Origin: Candidatus Hadarchaeales archaeon
GTDB taxonomy: Archaea > Hadarchaeota > Hadarchaeia > Hadarchaeales > Hadarchaeaceae
Length of the DNA: 32,000 nucleotides
Assembly (NCBI GenBank): GCA_038823825.1
Contig: JAWBCC010000002.1
Span: forward strand, 210,001 to 242,000
Reading direction: 5' to 3'
The notes under the pieces are model-generated. The model saw only the letters and a list, made by a program, of their open reading frames with translations, was not told the origin of the DNA and did no database searches. Positions 31,149-32,000 of this stretch are shown piece by piece (position 1 is the stretch's first letter; each line of letters begins with the position of its first letter). Made by a program: the position numbers and the translations under genes.

Positions 31149-31917
31149 GCTTCCTCCACTCCTCGTAAGTTATTGGTATGACGAGAGTTCTCGGCTCAGC
31201 TTCTTGAGCGGGTTTGCTTCTCGGTCTGATTATTATATCTTCTTCAAGAGGCCTGACTTCGACATCAACGTAGCCATAAGAAATCAGAAAACTCATGATC
31301 CAGGAACGTCTCACGGTTTCCTCAAAAGTTTTTGCGCATACCCACTTCCAGTAAGAGATTCCCCTTTTCCCCACATTTTGCAACATTTTTTTCCACTCTT
31401 CTTCAAGGATTCTGCTGAATTCTTCTTCCGAGAGGATTCCCATCTCTCGCAGTTCTTCCTCTGTTATCCTACCGGTCTGAAGCTCCATTCCGCCGAGTTC
31501 AGCTCCTCTTTCGCTGAGGGGCGGCAGCTCCGTCCAATAATCTAGACCGGTTCGCAGCGCCGATGGGGAAATGGATTCCATCTCCAAGATTGGATGCCAG
31601 CATTTCGTGAAAATTTCCGCAAGTTCCGCAGGCTCCATCACTTGCATCTTGAGTGTTATGAGGAGAGGGTCCAAGTAAAGCACAGAAGACCTGTGTTTGA
31701 GCCACTCGCTTTGGTGAAGTATGACATCCGCGAGTCCGGAAACTGCCCGCATGTCCAGGTAAAGCTCTTCGAGCTTCTTCAACTCCGGGAAAAGTTCACG
31801 CAGTTTTTCGAGAAGCTCTTTGACCTGCACGTCAAACGGATCCAGACCTCTTGATCTAACACTCTCGCATAGGTCGATTATCCTCTCGATTATTTCTCTT
31901 TTTTCCTTCACTTTCAT
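31132..31917 (-). CDS. scpA: ScpA-like kleisin (segregation and condensation protein A)
   Basis: 261 aa. The N-terminus IIERIIDLCESVRSRGLDPFDVQVKELLEKL resembles the ScpA N-terminal helical SMC-binding region, and the C-terminus is WH-like. Its ATG overlaps the stop of the upstream SMC-like ORF as ATGA at 31914-31917. Confidence 0.55.
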   Translation of the reverse strand: MKVKEKREIIERIIDLCESVRSRGLDPFDVQVKELLEKLRELFPELKKLEELYLDMRAVSGLADVILHQSEWLKHRSSVLYLDPLLITLKMQVMEPAELAEIFTKCWHPILEMESISPSALRTGLDYWTELPPLSERGAELGGMELQTGRITEEELREMGILSEEEFSRILEEEWKKMLQNVGKRGISYWKWVCAKTFEETVRRSWIMSFLISYGYVDVEVRPLEEDIIIRPRSKPAQEAEPRTLVIPITYEEWRKHARKG

Positions 31918-32000
31918 CCGACTACCTCCACTCTGGATACCCCGCCGATTTTCTGCACAGTTATGACGTTTTGGATTCCCTCGACGTTCGTTATCTGTCC
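31914..32000 (-). CDS. smc: 3' end of SMC-like ATPase (partial, continues beyond window)
   Basis: The minus-strand frame is open to the window edge and translates as ...GQITNVEGIQNVITVQKIGGVSRVEVVG*. This resembles the SMC C-terminal tail (..GVtm...GVSkvv.v). The kleisin and ScpB genes downstream support the call. Confidence 0.5.
   Translation of the reverse strand, partial: GQITNVEGIQNVITVQKIGGVSRVEVVG

Noticed and set aside
1-32000. CRISPR arrays, cas genes, toxin-antitoxin or other defence islands
   Set aside because: I found no regularly spaced direct repeats and no recognisable defence-gene motifs. The only PIN-like protein (Mut7-C/DUF82) is a conserved housekeeping-type family without an adjacent antitoxin-like partner.

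Overview
This is an archaeal chromosomal segment. Markers are an A1AO/V-type ATP synthase, TFB, an alpha4-type tRNA-splicing endonuclease, an intron-containing tRNA-Trp, AT-rich TATA-like boxes about 25-30 nt upstream of starts, and GGTGA-type Shine-Dalgarno motifs. I count about 38 protein genes plus one tRNA at more than 90% coding density, many joined by ATGA/TTGA start-stop overlaps and several using GTG/TTG starts.

Content in order:
- 5'-partial SecD-like gene.
- ATP synthase genes split into atpH-I-K-E-C-F-D (minus strand, followed by coupled DUF61 and small membrane genes) and a divergent atpA-atpB pair (plus strand).
- A radical-SAM/SPASM - endA - trpS operon.
- A 37-codon Cys-rich zinc-finger micro-ORF, too short for the supplied ORF track.
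- speH-bpsA for branched polyamine synthesis, which suggests a (hyper)thermophile.
- tRNA-Trp(CCA) with a ~54-nt intron carrying box C/D elements.
- A four-gene membrane cluster: two paralogous Zn-ribbon/TM/tandem-OB-like surface proteins, a TctA/DUF112-like polytopic protein, and a DUF457 membrane hydrolase with a large insert. This is my best candidate for an undescribed system.
- A DUF429 nuclease-like gene, tfb, a GGR-family flavoprotein and an anchored surface protein.
- pstSCAB with a divergent AbrB-PhoU gene.
- A Zn/wHTH-like hypothetical, Mut7-C and AMMECR1.
- scpB, scpA and the 3' end of smc.

I saw no CRISPR array, transposase, integrase, rRNA or recognisable defence genes. All family calls come from reading motifs by eye; no searches were run.
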